NCBI GenBank assembly: GCA_026770705.1
Contig: JANJGN010000007.1
Coordinates: 109,306,001-109,370,000 of the forward strand
Direction: 5' to 3'
Length of the DNA stretch: 64,000 nt
Source: Isurus oxyrinchus
Taxonomy: Eukaryota
Shown here: positions 63,366 through 64,000 of the stretch, piece by piece
How the letters are laid out: every line of letters starts with the position of its first letter
Position numbering within the stretch: the first letter of the stretch is position 1
The notes under the pieces: generated by a model
The model's input: only the letters and a program-made list of their open reading frames with translations
The model's database searches: none
What the model was told of the DNA's origin: nothing
Translations under genes and position numbers: made by a program

Positions 63366-64000
63366 CATTATCCAAAGCAGTAACTACCAGCAATTCAAAT
63401 TCTAACTAAGGTTTTAGTACATGATAGTATATGATTCATTCCAACGCCTATAAAGTTACAAGAATAACTATAAGAAAAAGTCATTTAATATACTGACATT
63501 CACAGCCCACCACTGAGGCCAAGCTTCAGGGGACTGAGGCTCAGTCTACAGTAAACAGCGCCAGGGAACTTGCCCACTTTTCTCAGGACAACGGATTTTC
63601 AGGACATTTTCTTGGGTGCCGAAGAAGCGGTGTTTCAGAATACCGGGTCGGCCAGCAGGGCCCTGACAACACGTATTAGCTGGAATCTTCTGCAACACGT
63701 TTGCTGCGCATGCATGGACCGCGGAAACATGACTGTTTCTCTCAGGTCGCCAGGTTCAGCGGCCGAGGGATCCATTCCCATTTCAGTGGTTCCTGTCGAA
63801 AGCGGGGGGATTGGGAACCCTAACTCACTGTCTCGCCTTTATTCTAGTGCGAAACTCATCCGCCAGAGCCTGGAGTGCCTTTGTAGGATTGGACAAAACT
63901 TAAAAAGTGAGACTGACACAAAAGCAGTCAGTCCGATGCTTTTACTCTGCTCGTCAGTTTTAGAAAATAAATACTAAGACATTTTTAGAATGTAAACTAG

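Noticed and set aside
63570-63977. 135-aa ORF in a CpG-richer patch at the window end
   Set aside because: It has a non-ATG start and no domain similarity. It may be promoter or 5' UTR of a gene outside the window (gcgcatgc NRF1-like site), but this cannot be supported here.

Overview
Repeat-rich vertebrate genomic DNA. The CR1/L2/Rex1/Penelope repeat complement points to a shark or other cartilaginous fish; this is inferred and the species cannot be determined. Roughly half or more of the window is decayed, often nested non-LTR retrotransposons. Between them is a small cluster of non-rearranging Ig-superfamily genes with a leader / V(J-like GxG) / C1 architecture (SIRP-, B7-H6- or VJ-C1-like). 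Gene A (minus strand, 58922-55302) appears intact, encodes about 248 aa and ends in a possible GPI-anchor signal. Gene B (plus, 32429 to about 40026) is a pseudogene with leader, V, C1, TM and an ITIM-bearing tail. Gene C (minus, 6683 to about 5492) is a pseudogenised C1-TM-short-tail remnant with no V exon found. Gene D (plus, about 16485-17425) is a possible leader plus a CR1-truncated V remnant. Penelope-derived short elements carry minimal hammerhead ribozyme motifs. Exon structures were read by eye from splice signals and phases, and transposon boundaries are approximate.
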